A DNA stretch of 63,245 bases, the filler included, from Thraustochytrium aureum (lineage: Eukaryota), in assembly GCA_012862495.1 (NCBI GenBank). It is 6 parts of 4 records of this genome, joined end to end, with 100 filler letters (N's around TTAATTAATTAA, not from the genome) between each part and the next. Parts side by side here need not be neighbours in the genome. Positions count along the whole stretch, not along the records: positions 1 to 15,372 come from BLSG01000165.1; positions 15,473 to 21,317 come from BLSG01000166.1; 4 more parts are not named here. The stretch is one strand, 5' to 3'. Under the pieces are notes generated by a model. That model worked only from the letters and a program-made list of their open reading frames with translations, did no database searches and was not told where the DNA came from. Shown here in pieces: positions 11,057 to 21,417 of this stretch (position 1 is the first letter of the stretch; every line of letters begins with the position of its first letter). The position numbers were made by a program, and so were the translations under genes.

Positions 11057-14000
11057 TTACCATTGAATCGCAACGGTTCTGCCCAGGAACGCATCAATCC
11101 GGTCGAGTATCACTGGCGGCAGCGCGTTTTCCTCGCCCAAAACATCCATCATACGACGTTTCTTTCGAACCTGGTATTGCGCCACCCCGGCCAGCGCGCC
11201 GGATCCTGCATTGCCGATTCTGTTAAACCGAAGACTGTTGTTGAAATCGTCGTTCGATGATGACGATGGTCGCGCGAGTTGGTCAGCCGCCAACGCGAAA
11301 CACAGGTCAGTCTGTTTGCCTATGCCGGCATGGGGCAGGTACGAGCGCATTCGACAGCCACCAGCGCACTGCCATCTCTGCACGACTTACATCAACGAAG
11401 TCAGCGTCGAGTTGGTCTCGAGCACCTTGGCCAGCGCGTCAGCCCCTGCAGCGCCGATTTCGTTGCTGGAAAGACTATTTGTTGTTTGTCGTGCCATGAT
11501 CACGATGGTTACGCGAGTTGGTCAGCCACCGCCGAGAAATGCAGCGCGGTGCGGCCGCGCGAGCAGGCTCTGTCTGTTGGGCAGGGCACGAGCGCACTCG
11601 ACAGCCACCCACACATTGCCATCCCTGCCACGACTTACTCTAGCGAAGTCAGTGTCCAGTTGGACTTGAGAGCTTTCGCCAGCGCGCCAGCCCCTGCAGC
11701 ACCGATTTTGTTGGCGGCAAGACTGGTGGTGGTGGTGGTGATGGTGGTGGTGGTGGTGGTGGTGATGATCGATAATGACGATGGTCGCGCGAGTTGGTCA
11801 GCCACCGCCGAGAAACACAGCGCGGTGTGGCCGGGCAAACAGGCTCTGTCTGCATATATGCTGGCACGAGGCAGGCTCGAGCGCACTCGACGGCCACGAG
11901 CATACTCGACAGCCACCAGTCACTTGACAGCCACGAGCGCACTGCCATCCCTGCCACGACTTACTTGAGACTAGTCAGCGTCGAGTTGGTCTTGAGCGCC
12001 TTGGCAAGCGCGCATGCTCCTGGAGCACCGATGCTGTTGGCGGAAAGACTGGCGGTGGTGGTCGTGGTGGTGGTGATGATGTTGATGATGTTTGATATGG
12101 ACGAGGGTCGCGCAGTTAGCAAGCCACCGCCGAGTAACACAGCGCGCCGCAGCCGCGCAGGCAGGCTCTGTCTGCATGCATGCAGGCACGCGGCACCCAA
12201 TTGCGCACTCGACAAGAACCAGCACTCGTCCATTCCTGCCACGACTTACTTGAGACCAGTCAGCGTCGAGTTACTCTTGAGCGCCTTGGCCACCGCGCCA
12301 GAAACTGCATTTCCGATTTCGTTGCTGGAAAGACTATTTGTTGTTTGTCGTTCGACGATGACGATGGTCGCGTGAGTTTGTCAGCCTCCGCCGAGAAACA
12401 CAGCGCGGTGCGGCCGCGCAAGTAGGCGCGCTGTCTGTGTGCATGCAGGCCCGAGGCAGGCACGAGCGCACTCGAAAGCCGCACGCGCAATGCCATCCTT
12501 GCCACGACTTACTTGAGCCAAGTCAGCGTCGAGTTGGTCTTGAGCACCTTGGCGAGCGCGCCAGCCCCTGCAGTGCCGATTTGGTTGCCCCAATACTGTT
12601 GTGGTTGTCGTTNNNNNNNNNNNNNNNNNNNNNNNNNNNNNNNNNNNNNNNNNNNNNNNNNNNNNNNNNNNNNNNNNNNNNNNNNNNNNNNNNNNNNNNN
12701 NNNNNNNNNNNNNNNNNNNNNNNNNNNNNNNNNNNNNNNNNNNNNNNNNNNNNNNNNNNNNNNNNNNNNNNNNNNNNNNNNNNNNNNNNNNNNNNNNNNN
12801 NNNNNNNNNNNNNNNNNNNNNNNNNNNNNNNNNNNNNNNNNNNNNNNNNNNNNNNNNNNNNNTGATGATGGTGGTGGTGGTGGTGATGATGATGATGTTG
12901 ATGTTGTTGTTCGATGATCACGTGGTCGCGCGAGCTGGTCAGCCAGTACCGACAAACACGGATCGGCGAACCGCGCAAGAGGGCTCTGTCTGTACGCTTG
13001 CAGGCCTGAGGCCGCCACGAGCGCACTCGGAGGCAACCAGCGCACCCGACCGCCACCAGAGCACTGCCATCCCCGCCACGACTTACTGGAGCGAAGCGAG
13101 AGTCGAGTTGGTCTCGAGCACCTTGGCCAGCGCGCAAGCCCCTGGGTCGCGGATTCGGTTGAAGCCAAGACTGGTGGTGGTGGTGGTGGTGGTGATGTTG
13201 TCGTCGTCGTGCGATGATGGCGATGTTCGCGCGAGTTGGTCAGCCACCACCGAGAAGGAAGCAAACAGGCTCTCCCTTTATGCATGCACGCACGAGGCAG
13301 GCTCGCACGCACTCGACGGCCGCTAGCGTATTGCCATCCTGACACGACTTACGAGAGCGAAGTCAGCGTCGAGTTGGTCTCGAGCACCTTGGCCAGTGCC
13401 TCAGCCCCTTCGTCGCCTATACAGTTGTCCCGAAGACTGATGTGTTGGTCGTTGTTCGATTTCACGAGAGTCGCGCGAGTTGGTTAGCGACCGCCGTGAA
13501 ACACAGAGCGGCGCGGTCGCGCAAACAGGCTCTGTGTGTATGCATGCAGGCACGAGCACGCTCGACAGCCAGCCGCGCATTGCCATCCCTGCCACGACTT
13601 ACTCCAGCGAAGTCAGCGTCCAGTTGGACTTGAGACCCTTGGCCAGCGCGCCAGCCCCTGCGTCTTCGATGCCGTTGTTAACAAGACTGTTGTTGTTGTT
13701 GTCGTCGTCGTGGTTCGAAGACGATGATCGCGCGAGTTGGTTAGCGACCGCCGCGAAACACGCAGCGCGCAGTCGCGCAAGCAGGCTCTGTCTGTACGCT
13801 TGCAGGGACGTGGCAGCCGCCAGCACACTCGACAGCCACCAGCGCAATGCCATCCCTGCCACGACTTACTTGAGCTCAGTCAGCGTCGAGTTGGCCTCGA
13901 GCACTTTGGCCAGAGCGCCAGCCGCTGCATCGCCGATTCTGTTCCTTTCAAGGCTGTTGTTGTTGTTGTGGTGGTGGTGGTGGTGGTGGCGGTGGGGTAT

Positions 14001-14881
14001 CGATGAATACGTTGGTTGCGTGAGTTGGTCAGCCATCAACAAGAAACCCAGAGCGGCGCCGCGCAAGCCAGCTCTGTCTGTACGCATGCAGGCACGAGAC
14101 AGGCATGAGCACACTCGCCAGCGAAGGGTCATCCTGCCACGACTTACTTGAGATGTGTGAGCGTCGAATTTGTCTCGAGCGCTTTGGACAACCCGTCAGC
14201 CACTGCAGCGCCGATTTCGTTGTGCGTAAGACTGTTATTGTAGTTGATGTTGTTCGACGACGACGATCGTCGCGAAAGTTAGTCAGCCACCACCGACGAA
14301 CACAGAGTGGCGCGCAAGCAAGCAAGCGCTGCCTATTACGCATGCAGGCACGAGCGCATCGACAGCCACCGCCCAGTGCCAAATCTGCCACGACTTACTT
14401 GAGCGAAGTCAGCGTCGAGTTGGTCTCGAGCACCTTGGCCAGCGCGTCAGCCCCTGCAGCGCCAATGTACTTGGCGGTAAGACTGATGATGTTGATAGTG
14501 ACGATGTTGCTCGATGATGACGAGGGTCACGCGAGTTGGTCAGAATCACCGAGAAACACAGCGCAGTGCAAGCAGGATCTGTCTGTTTGCATGCAGCCAC
14601 GAGGCNNNNNNNNNNNNNNNNNNNNNNNNNNNNNNNNNNNNNNNNNNNNNNNNNNNNNNNNNNNNNNNNNNNNNNNNNNNNNNNNNNNNNNNNNNNNNNN
14701 NNNNNNNNNNNNNNNNNNNNNNNNNNNNNNNNNNNNNNNNNNNNNNNNNNNNNNNNNNNNNNNTGCAGCCACGAGGCAGGCACGGGCGCACTCGACAACA
14801 CCAGCCATAAACTCACTCGATCGACGTCTCCCCGCGCTCCACCACGGCCGCTGCCTCCTCGACGTTGAGACATCTCACCAT
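11057..14881 (-). CDS. Spliced RI-like (28-aa) leucine-rich-repeat protein, one LRR per exon
   Basis: First exon 14881-14817 (MVRCLNVEEAAAVVERGETSI, GTGAGT donor). LRR exons 14482-14399, 14231-14148, 13953-13870, 13686-13603, 13436-13353, 13170-13087, 12595-12513 (83 nt), 12333-12250, 12048-11965, 11722-11639, 11474-11391. Terminal exon 11234-11057. LRR-exon donors are GTAAGT, acceptors YAG, phase 2; consensus LxxNxIGxxGAxALAKxLxxNSTLTxL. Confidence 0.9.
11235..14605 (-). repeat. Tandem array of ~240-330 bp exon-intron modules
   Basis: Introns share GTAAGTCGTGGCAGG.ATGGCA at the 5' end, internal GTCGAGTGCGCTCGTGCC and ACAGAGCCTG, branch GCTGACCAACTCGCGCGAC, and a CAC/CAA/CAT microsatellite before the AG. 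Confidence 0.92.
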
Positions 14882-15416
14882 CTTGCGTGCCTGCCCTGCC
14901 GCGAAACTCGCAAGCCCCTCGCGCAGGGAGCGCAAGCCAAGGCCCGGCCCCAAGCGCGTGCAGCCCTGGCCTGGCGGGGACACCTCGACCCGGGCCCGCT
15001 GCCCTCCCTCGGTCCGCGTTGCGTGACTGCAGCATCGCCGAGGTCGCTTCCACGGTCTTCCTCGCGAAAGCGCTCACGGAACGCGTGCTGGAGCATCCAG
15101 TGACGGTCGGCCGCGAGCTGAGGAGCCCCCAGACCAGTCCCGTTGGGCCAGTGCCGTGGGGCCCGGGCGGGCAACCAAGAGCCTGAAGACGGCGAAGGGC
15201 CCGACGGTTGACGGCGCTCGTCGGAGATCTTCGTGGTGGCGCATCGCGGTCCGAGGCGTGGCGCGACTGCGCCAAGTCGAGGTGTTCAAGTCTGGCTGGC
15301 CACGGGTTGCACGCGCTTGGGGCGGGGGCTTGGCTTGCGTTCCCAGCGCTTTGCGAGCTCTTTGGGCTGCAGNNNNNNNNNNNNNNNNNNNNNNNNNNNN
15401 NNNNNNNNNNNNNNNN

Positions 15417-15428
15417 TTAATTAATTAA
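15417..15428. other. Artificial scaffold linker TTAATTAATTAA
   Basis: Six-frame stop linker flanked by N runs; recurs five times in the window. Confidence 0.97.
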
Positions 15429-15492
15429 NNNNNNNNNNNNNNNNNNNNNNNNNNNNNNNNNNNNNNNNNNNNGCCTGATGATTGACTTCTGA

Positions 15493-18400
15493 TCAGAGGT
15501 GCGCGGCGTTGCGCAGCGGAGGGATCATGCGGTCGAACGTGTACACCAAACCATCAACGCAGCCTACAGCCACGATGCGATTTGTCGCAGCAACTGATGT
15601 TGGGTGGGAGGGGAGCGATAGGTTGGCCACGAGAGCTTTGGCCTCCTCTGCCCGCGCGGCTGCGTCGCTCACGCCCCTGCACTGACTCCATTGAACGCGC
15701 GCTTTGTCAGCGTCCCTGTCTTCCTCCAAGACGAGCAGCTGCCTTTGGCTGCGCGGGCCCCACCACCGTCGCCGTTTGCGCACATCCCACACGCGCAGAG
15801 TATTGTCCCTTGACCGCGATACCACCCGGTTGCCATCAAGCACAGCGACGCTCCTCACAACGTCCGAATGGCCTCGAAGAACGATCGGGGCTGCGCCATC
15901 GCTCCGAAGATCCCAGACACGCACCGTGTCGTCAAAGGAGCCTGACACGACCCGGTTGCTGTCCAGCACGGCGACACTCGTACCCAACCTGAATGGCCCT
16001 CGAGCGTCAGCGGGTCGGCAATGCGCTCACTGCGCAGATCCCAGACCCGCAGAGTGGCATCTGGGGAACCCGAGATGACCAAGCGGTCTTCCAACACAGC
16101 CAGGCAACTCACGGCGCGAGAGTGGCCCTCTACAGGTCGGGGGCCAGTTTTGGCATCTGTGCGGAGATCCCAGACCCGGACCGTCATGTCCGGCGAACCC
16201 GACACCACTCGATGGGCATCCAGAACAGCGACGCTTCGCACCATATCAGCGTGCCCTTGGAGGACAATGTCGTGCTTGGCCGCCGCGCTGCGGAGGTCCC
16301 AGACGCGTACTGTGTTGTCGTACGAGCCGGATACGATCCTGTTGCTGTCCATGACGGAGACGCTCGTCACAAACCCTGCGTGACCCTCGAGCACCAGCGC
16401 GGCGCCGTGGAGGTCTTGCAAATTCCAAACCCGCAGTGTCATGTCTTTGGACCCCGACACAACCCTGTGACCATCTAGCACAGCTACGGTTGTCACGCAA
16501 TCACGGTGGCCCTCGAGGACCACTTCTCTGCCCTCGCGGCGCAGATCCCACAGCCGTACGGTGCAGTCGTACGAACCCGACACGATCGTGTGACTCTTCA
16601 ACACTGCGACGCACGTTACAAAGCAAGTGTGGCCTTGCAGCACCACCGTCCTGCCGAGATTGCGAAGATCCCAAACCCGCAATGTGTTGTCGTAGGAGCC
16701 AGACACCACTCTATCTCTGTCAATAATTGCCACACTAGAGACAAACGAAGTGTGGCCTTCGAGCACTACTGCGGGGCTGTGGGCGTCCAGGTCCCAAACC
16801 CGCACCGTCCTATCCCTCGAGCCCGACACCACCCTGCTCCCTTCTAAAACAGCGACACACGTCACCAAGCGAGTGTGGCCGGAGAGAACGATCTTTGGCC
16901 CGGCGCTGTTGCCCAGCTCCCACACCTCTACGCGGTTTCCCGAACCCACAACAAGCCTTTGGCTGCTCGGCAGGGCGGCAACGCTTCGCACATCGCCACC
17001 GCTCGCAAAAATCCTTTCGAGATGCGTGCGTGCAAGCGGAAAGCTCGCTCGCGTGGGCCTGAGCCACTCCTTTCGCAGCACAAAAGCCCAGCTCCGCATG
17101 ATGCTCTGAAGCGCAGGATGGCCCCTGTCACGGATGCGACCAAACAGATGGGTTGCGAGGGTGTCCGGGTCCTTCTCGATGTCTGCCTTGGCGAGTTTGA
17201 GGGTTCGCGCCACGTCCATCGCGCTCTCAATCCGCCTTTCGCTCGGCCACTCGTCGACGCAGTCGCTAAATATGGCGCTGCGAACGCGAGCCGGGTCCGT
17301 GCTGAGCGCTCGGTGCAGCCAGGCAAAGTCGAGGAGCTTCGCAGCAGCAGCCTCCCACTGCTTGCTCCTCAAGAGGTGGAACAGCAGGTTGCGAGCAGCA
17401 AAAGCGGAACGGGCGTCAGCGCCATTCAGGACGCGTGCAAGTCGCACATGGCCGTCCTCCACACTGACAGCGAATGCCTCGCCGTGGTAGTTCTGCCCTC
17501 GCGCACTGATCCTGCCAGCGCGGCGCTCATCGAGGAGAAAGTCGACCATTGACCGGTGAATGAAGGCAACCGAGTCCTCGCGCACGTCCAACAAGACGCT
17601 TGCTTTGCGGAGGAAGCGCAAAAGCTCCTNNNNNNNNNNNNNNNNNNNNNNNNNNNNNNNNNNNNNNNNNNNNNNNNNNNNNNNNNNNNNNNNNNNNNNN
17701 NNNNNNNNNNNNNNNNNNNNNNNNNNNNNNNNNNNNNNNNNNNNNNNNNNNNNNNNNNNNNNNNNNNNNNNNNNNNNNNNNNNNNNNNNNNNNNNNNNNN
17801 NNNNNNNNNNNNNNNNNNNNNNNNNNNNNNNNNNNNNNNNNNNNNNNNNNNNNNNNNNNNNNNNNNNNNNNNNNNNNNNNNNNNNNNNNNNNNNNNNNNN
17901 NNNNNNNNNNNNNNNNNNNNNNNNNNNNNNNNNNNNNNNNNNNNNNNNNNNNNNNNNNNNNNNNNNNNNNNNNNNNNNNNNNNNNNNNNNNNNNNNNNNN
18001 NNNNNNNNNNNNNNNNNNNNNNNNNNNNNNNNNNNNNNNNNNNNNNNNNNNNNNNNNNNNNNNNNNNNNNNNNNNNNNNNNNNNNNNNNNNNNNNNNNNN
18101 NNNNNNNNNNNNNNNNNNNNNNNNNNNNNNNNNNNNNNNNNNNNNNNNNNNNNNCCTTGCTGGCGAACCGGACCTCCTCAAGACCGAGGCCCCGTGGACG
18201 GGCGCTTGCTAGCCCGGCGGCTGAACAGTCCGCCTTCGTGACAGAGCCTCGCCATAAGCACCGACTTGCCACAACCAGCAGGCCCGAGAATCACCATGGC
18301 GCGGCGCTTCTCCTTCCACAGCTCATCGCTGTACCAGCGACGAACGTCATCAATGACCGCCTTGCGCGTGCCCTCCTCAAAGTCTCCAGACTTGAGTTGG

Positions 18401-19009
18401 GCTGTGAGCAAAGGGTTAAAGTCCGCAGGCGTCTCGAAAACCTTGACAGCCCAACTATTGCGGGGCTTCTTCGCCGAGGCCGCGCGCGACCGGTCGACCG
18501 CAGCTTTGGTCTTGTCCGCAATGATGGCAGCAAGACCTGACATGGCTGCGCCAAAATCTCCAACCAGTTTCTGAAAGAGCTCTTGGCCTAAGCCTGCGCC
18601 AACGTGCCGTCCCCAGCTGCGCGAGTCCGCGAGCAGTTTGGACGCTACAAGCGGCACAACGCGGCCGCTCGGGCCTTTGAGCCTCAAGGCCACGCGGAAC
18701 TCGTGTTTGCACCTGTCCTCGTCGTCCCCGAAGTTGACCTCGCGCACATAGTCCTCCGTCAACAGAATGACAACAACATCGGCGCTGCCAATCCTGTCCG
18801 CTGCTGCAGCCCCGCCCTGGGTTCTCGCGGCAGGCGCCCGGTCGTACCACACCTCCCAGCCTTTGGAGCGTTGCAGCCAGGCCTGCAGCCTCGCCCACCA
18901 GAATCTGCGCGGCCCGTCCGTCAACGACAGACGCGGGCTCGTACAAGACCACAACACTGAGCGGCCTGCCGCCGCGCATTTCAGGCTCTAACGCCTTGCC
19001 GCCCGTCAT
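15493..19009 (-). CDS. TIR-like - NACHT/STAND NTPase - WD40 repeat protein (NLR-like); several apparent frameshifts (~18895, ~18200, ~15982) and an N gap
   Basis: TIR-like WEVWYD...ADVVVILLTEDY...CKHEF...VVPLV; Walker A ILGPAGCGKS; winged-helix-like FIHRSMVDFL; about 10 repeats of L.GH...V..VAVLD..RVVSGS.D.T.RVWDL. Confidence 0.85.
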
Positions 19010-21361
19010 CTTGCGGCCGTGCGTGTCTGCTGGCGGCGACTCGCATTGCCCAACTCTCACGCCCAACTCTGGACTCTCTGGAGTCTGGACTCTGGACTGA
19101 GGCGGCACACTTCCTCGTTCTCTCGCAACTCCACCTTCGGAACGGAACAGAGACCGACTTGACGATAGCAAGTCCTACACTGGCCAACTTGTGCTCGAGC
19201 AGGTGGATTGGGTTGGGTTGGGTGGGTGACGACGGCACTACCTGAAGTTCACCTTCCGCCGATGGGTCTTTGGGCGGTCGAGCAGTCCTCGCGCGACCGG
19301 TCGTGCATGCTTTTGTTTAGCACCGGATCCATCTGCGAAACGGGGCAAAATCNNNNNNNNNNNNNNNNNNNNNNNNNNNNNNNNNNNNNNNNNNNNNNNN
19401 NNNNNNNNNNNNNNNNNNNNNNNNNNNNNNNNNNNNNNNNNNNNNNNNNNNNNNNNNNNNNNNNNNNNNNNNNNNNNNNNNNNNNNNNNNNNNNNNNNNN
19501 NNNNNNNNNNNNNNNNNNNNNNNNNNNNNNNNNNNNNNNNNNNNNNNNNNNNNNNNNNNNNNNNNNNNNNNNNNNNNNNNNNNNNNNNNNNNNNNNNNNN
19601 NNNNNNNNNNNNNNNNNNNNNNNNNNNNNNNNNNNNNNNNNNNNNNNNNNNNNNNNNNNNNNNNNNNNNNNNNNNNNNNNNNNNNNNNNNNNNNNNNNNN
19701 NNNNNNNNNNNNNNNNNNNNNNNNNNNNNNNNNNNNNNNNNNNNNNNNNNNNNNNNNNNNNNNNNNNNNNNNNNNNNNNNNNNNNNNNNNNNNNNNNNNN
19801 NNNNNNNNNNNNNNNNNNNNNNNNNNNNNNNNNNNNNNNNNNNNNNNNNNNNNNNNNNNNNNNNNNNNNNNNNNNNNNNNNNNNNNNNNNNNNNNNNNNN
19901 NNNNNNNNNNNNNNNNNNNNNNNNNNNNNNNTTGCCCCCAAACGGGGTAGTCACCGTAGTGATTGCTCCTAGTACATTTTCTCCTCCCTCATTTCTGCCT
20001 CACGGTGGTGGCGGCAACTTCGAGGTGAGAATGGGCTGGTCTCGGATCGGAGACAAACAAGCGCACAAGAGCAGGCGAACTCCCTCTCGGGAGATAGCTC
20101 TCATACTCGAGTTAGCTCTCAAGCTCAACTAGAAGGTTGGGCTTGTCACGGGCCGACCGACTGAGTTAGGAGGGAGGAGGGATCAGTCAGCATGTGACGG
20201 GCCACCCATCTTGCACAACGCAAATTTCGTAGGAGAATTCTCCAGCCAGCGCAACGAAGTCCATTTGCTTTTATGTTGGCTGGATCACCCTGCCTTGCAG
20301 CTTCCCATGTGAGGTGTTGGCTGGCTGTAGAAACGAGTGGCGGCCGAGCGCCCCCTTTCGCCCCGTTCAGCCATTACCCAGCGGTGCTACCAGGAGTCGA
20401 TGCTTGCGGCCAGCCAGTGATTCACCCCTGGTCTGACCGCAGCAGCCACTAATTTGCTTGTTATGCACAGCGAGGTGCTACTTTAATTCGCGGCCGGGTG
20501 TCATTCGTGTCGACATCCGCTGCGCGCTCCAGCCATCCGGCTGCTCTACACCTCCCCGTCCAGCACAATCGGGATCCTCCTTCCTCGGGTTGGCCCAAGG
20601 AGCCAGAGTCAGACACTGTCGTTTGTTGCGGTCCATGTTGGCGCACGCCACAGCACGCGTTGTCATTCGAGTTGCGAACCACTTCACTTTCGCGCACAGA
20701 CAGACAAGGATCCCACGTCGAATTTCTGATAGGCCTAAAGTGGACTTTGGGGAAGAGCAGGCGGAAGCGCGCCCATCCAACCACACGACCAGAACTGTAG
20801 ATGCACCACAATCACAAGATCAAACTGTGGCTGCGCGTGCGGTGGGTTTGCGGGATCTGTCAACAGACCCTGACACCCAAGAGGGCTGGCTGGCTGTCTC
20901 TGTAAGATGACTTTCTGCACACCTTGCTCCTCTAACACGACTCGACTGGGAAGGGTCGAAAATCCCTGTTCAACTTGATTCCAACACGCGCGGTGCGTGC
21001 AGAGGCCAACAGCTGGTCTTCGCTTTTTCCTTCTTTTCCTTCTTTCGCACTGGTTGGCTTACAATCAAACACATGGATTTGCACACATTGACGTCCTTGT
21101 TGGTGCTGCCTGACCTGCTCAGAGGTTTGGTTGGCACTGGCAGGTCCACGCACCCGTCCAGGCGCTGTTCATTCTCCGCAACAATCAACATCTCGCGCAG
21201 GTCGTTGCGGCTTTGGAGCGACGGGCTTTGGAGCCGACAACAGACCCCGAAACAACAGCGTCCCCTACGCTCCAAGCAGCACCAGACGCGCATCGCGGTC
21301 GAACGGCTTCTGGGCGCNNNNNNNNNNNNNNNNNNNNNNNNNNNNNNNNNNNNNNNNNNNN

Positions 21362-21373
21362 TTAATTAATTAA
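21362..21373. other. Artificial scaffold linker
   Basis: TTAATTAATTAA within N runs. Confidence 0.97.
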
Positions 21374-21417
21374 NNNNNNNNNNNNNNNNNNNNNNNNNNN
21401 NNNNNNNNNNNNNNNNN

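Noticed and set aside
10344..11066. 240-aa ORF convergent with the LRR gene
   Set aside because: Only part looks protein-like and I recognise no family; may be a gene remnant
19932..21317. Lower-GC stretch, possibly a decayed mobile element
   Set aside because: No recognisable ORF, terminal repeat or RNA motif
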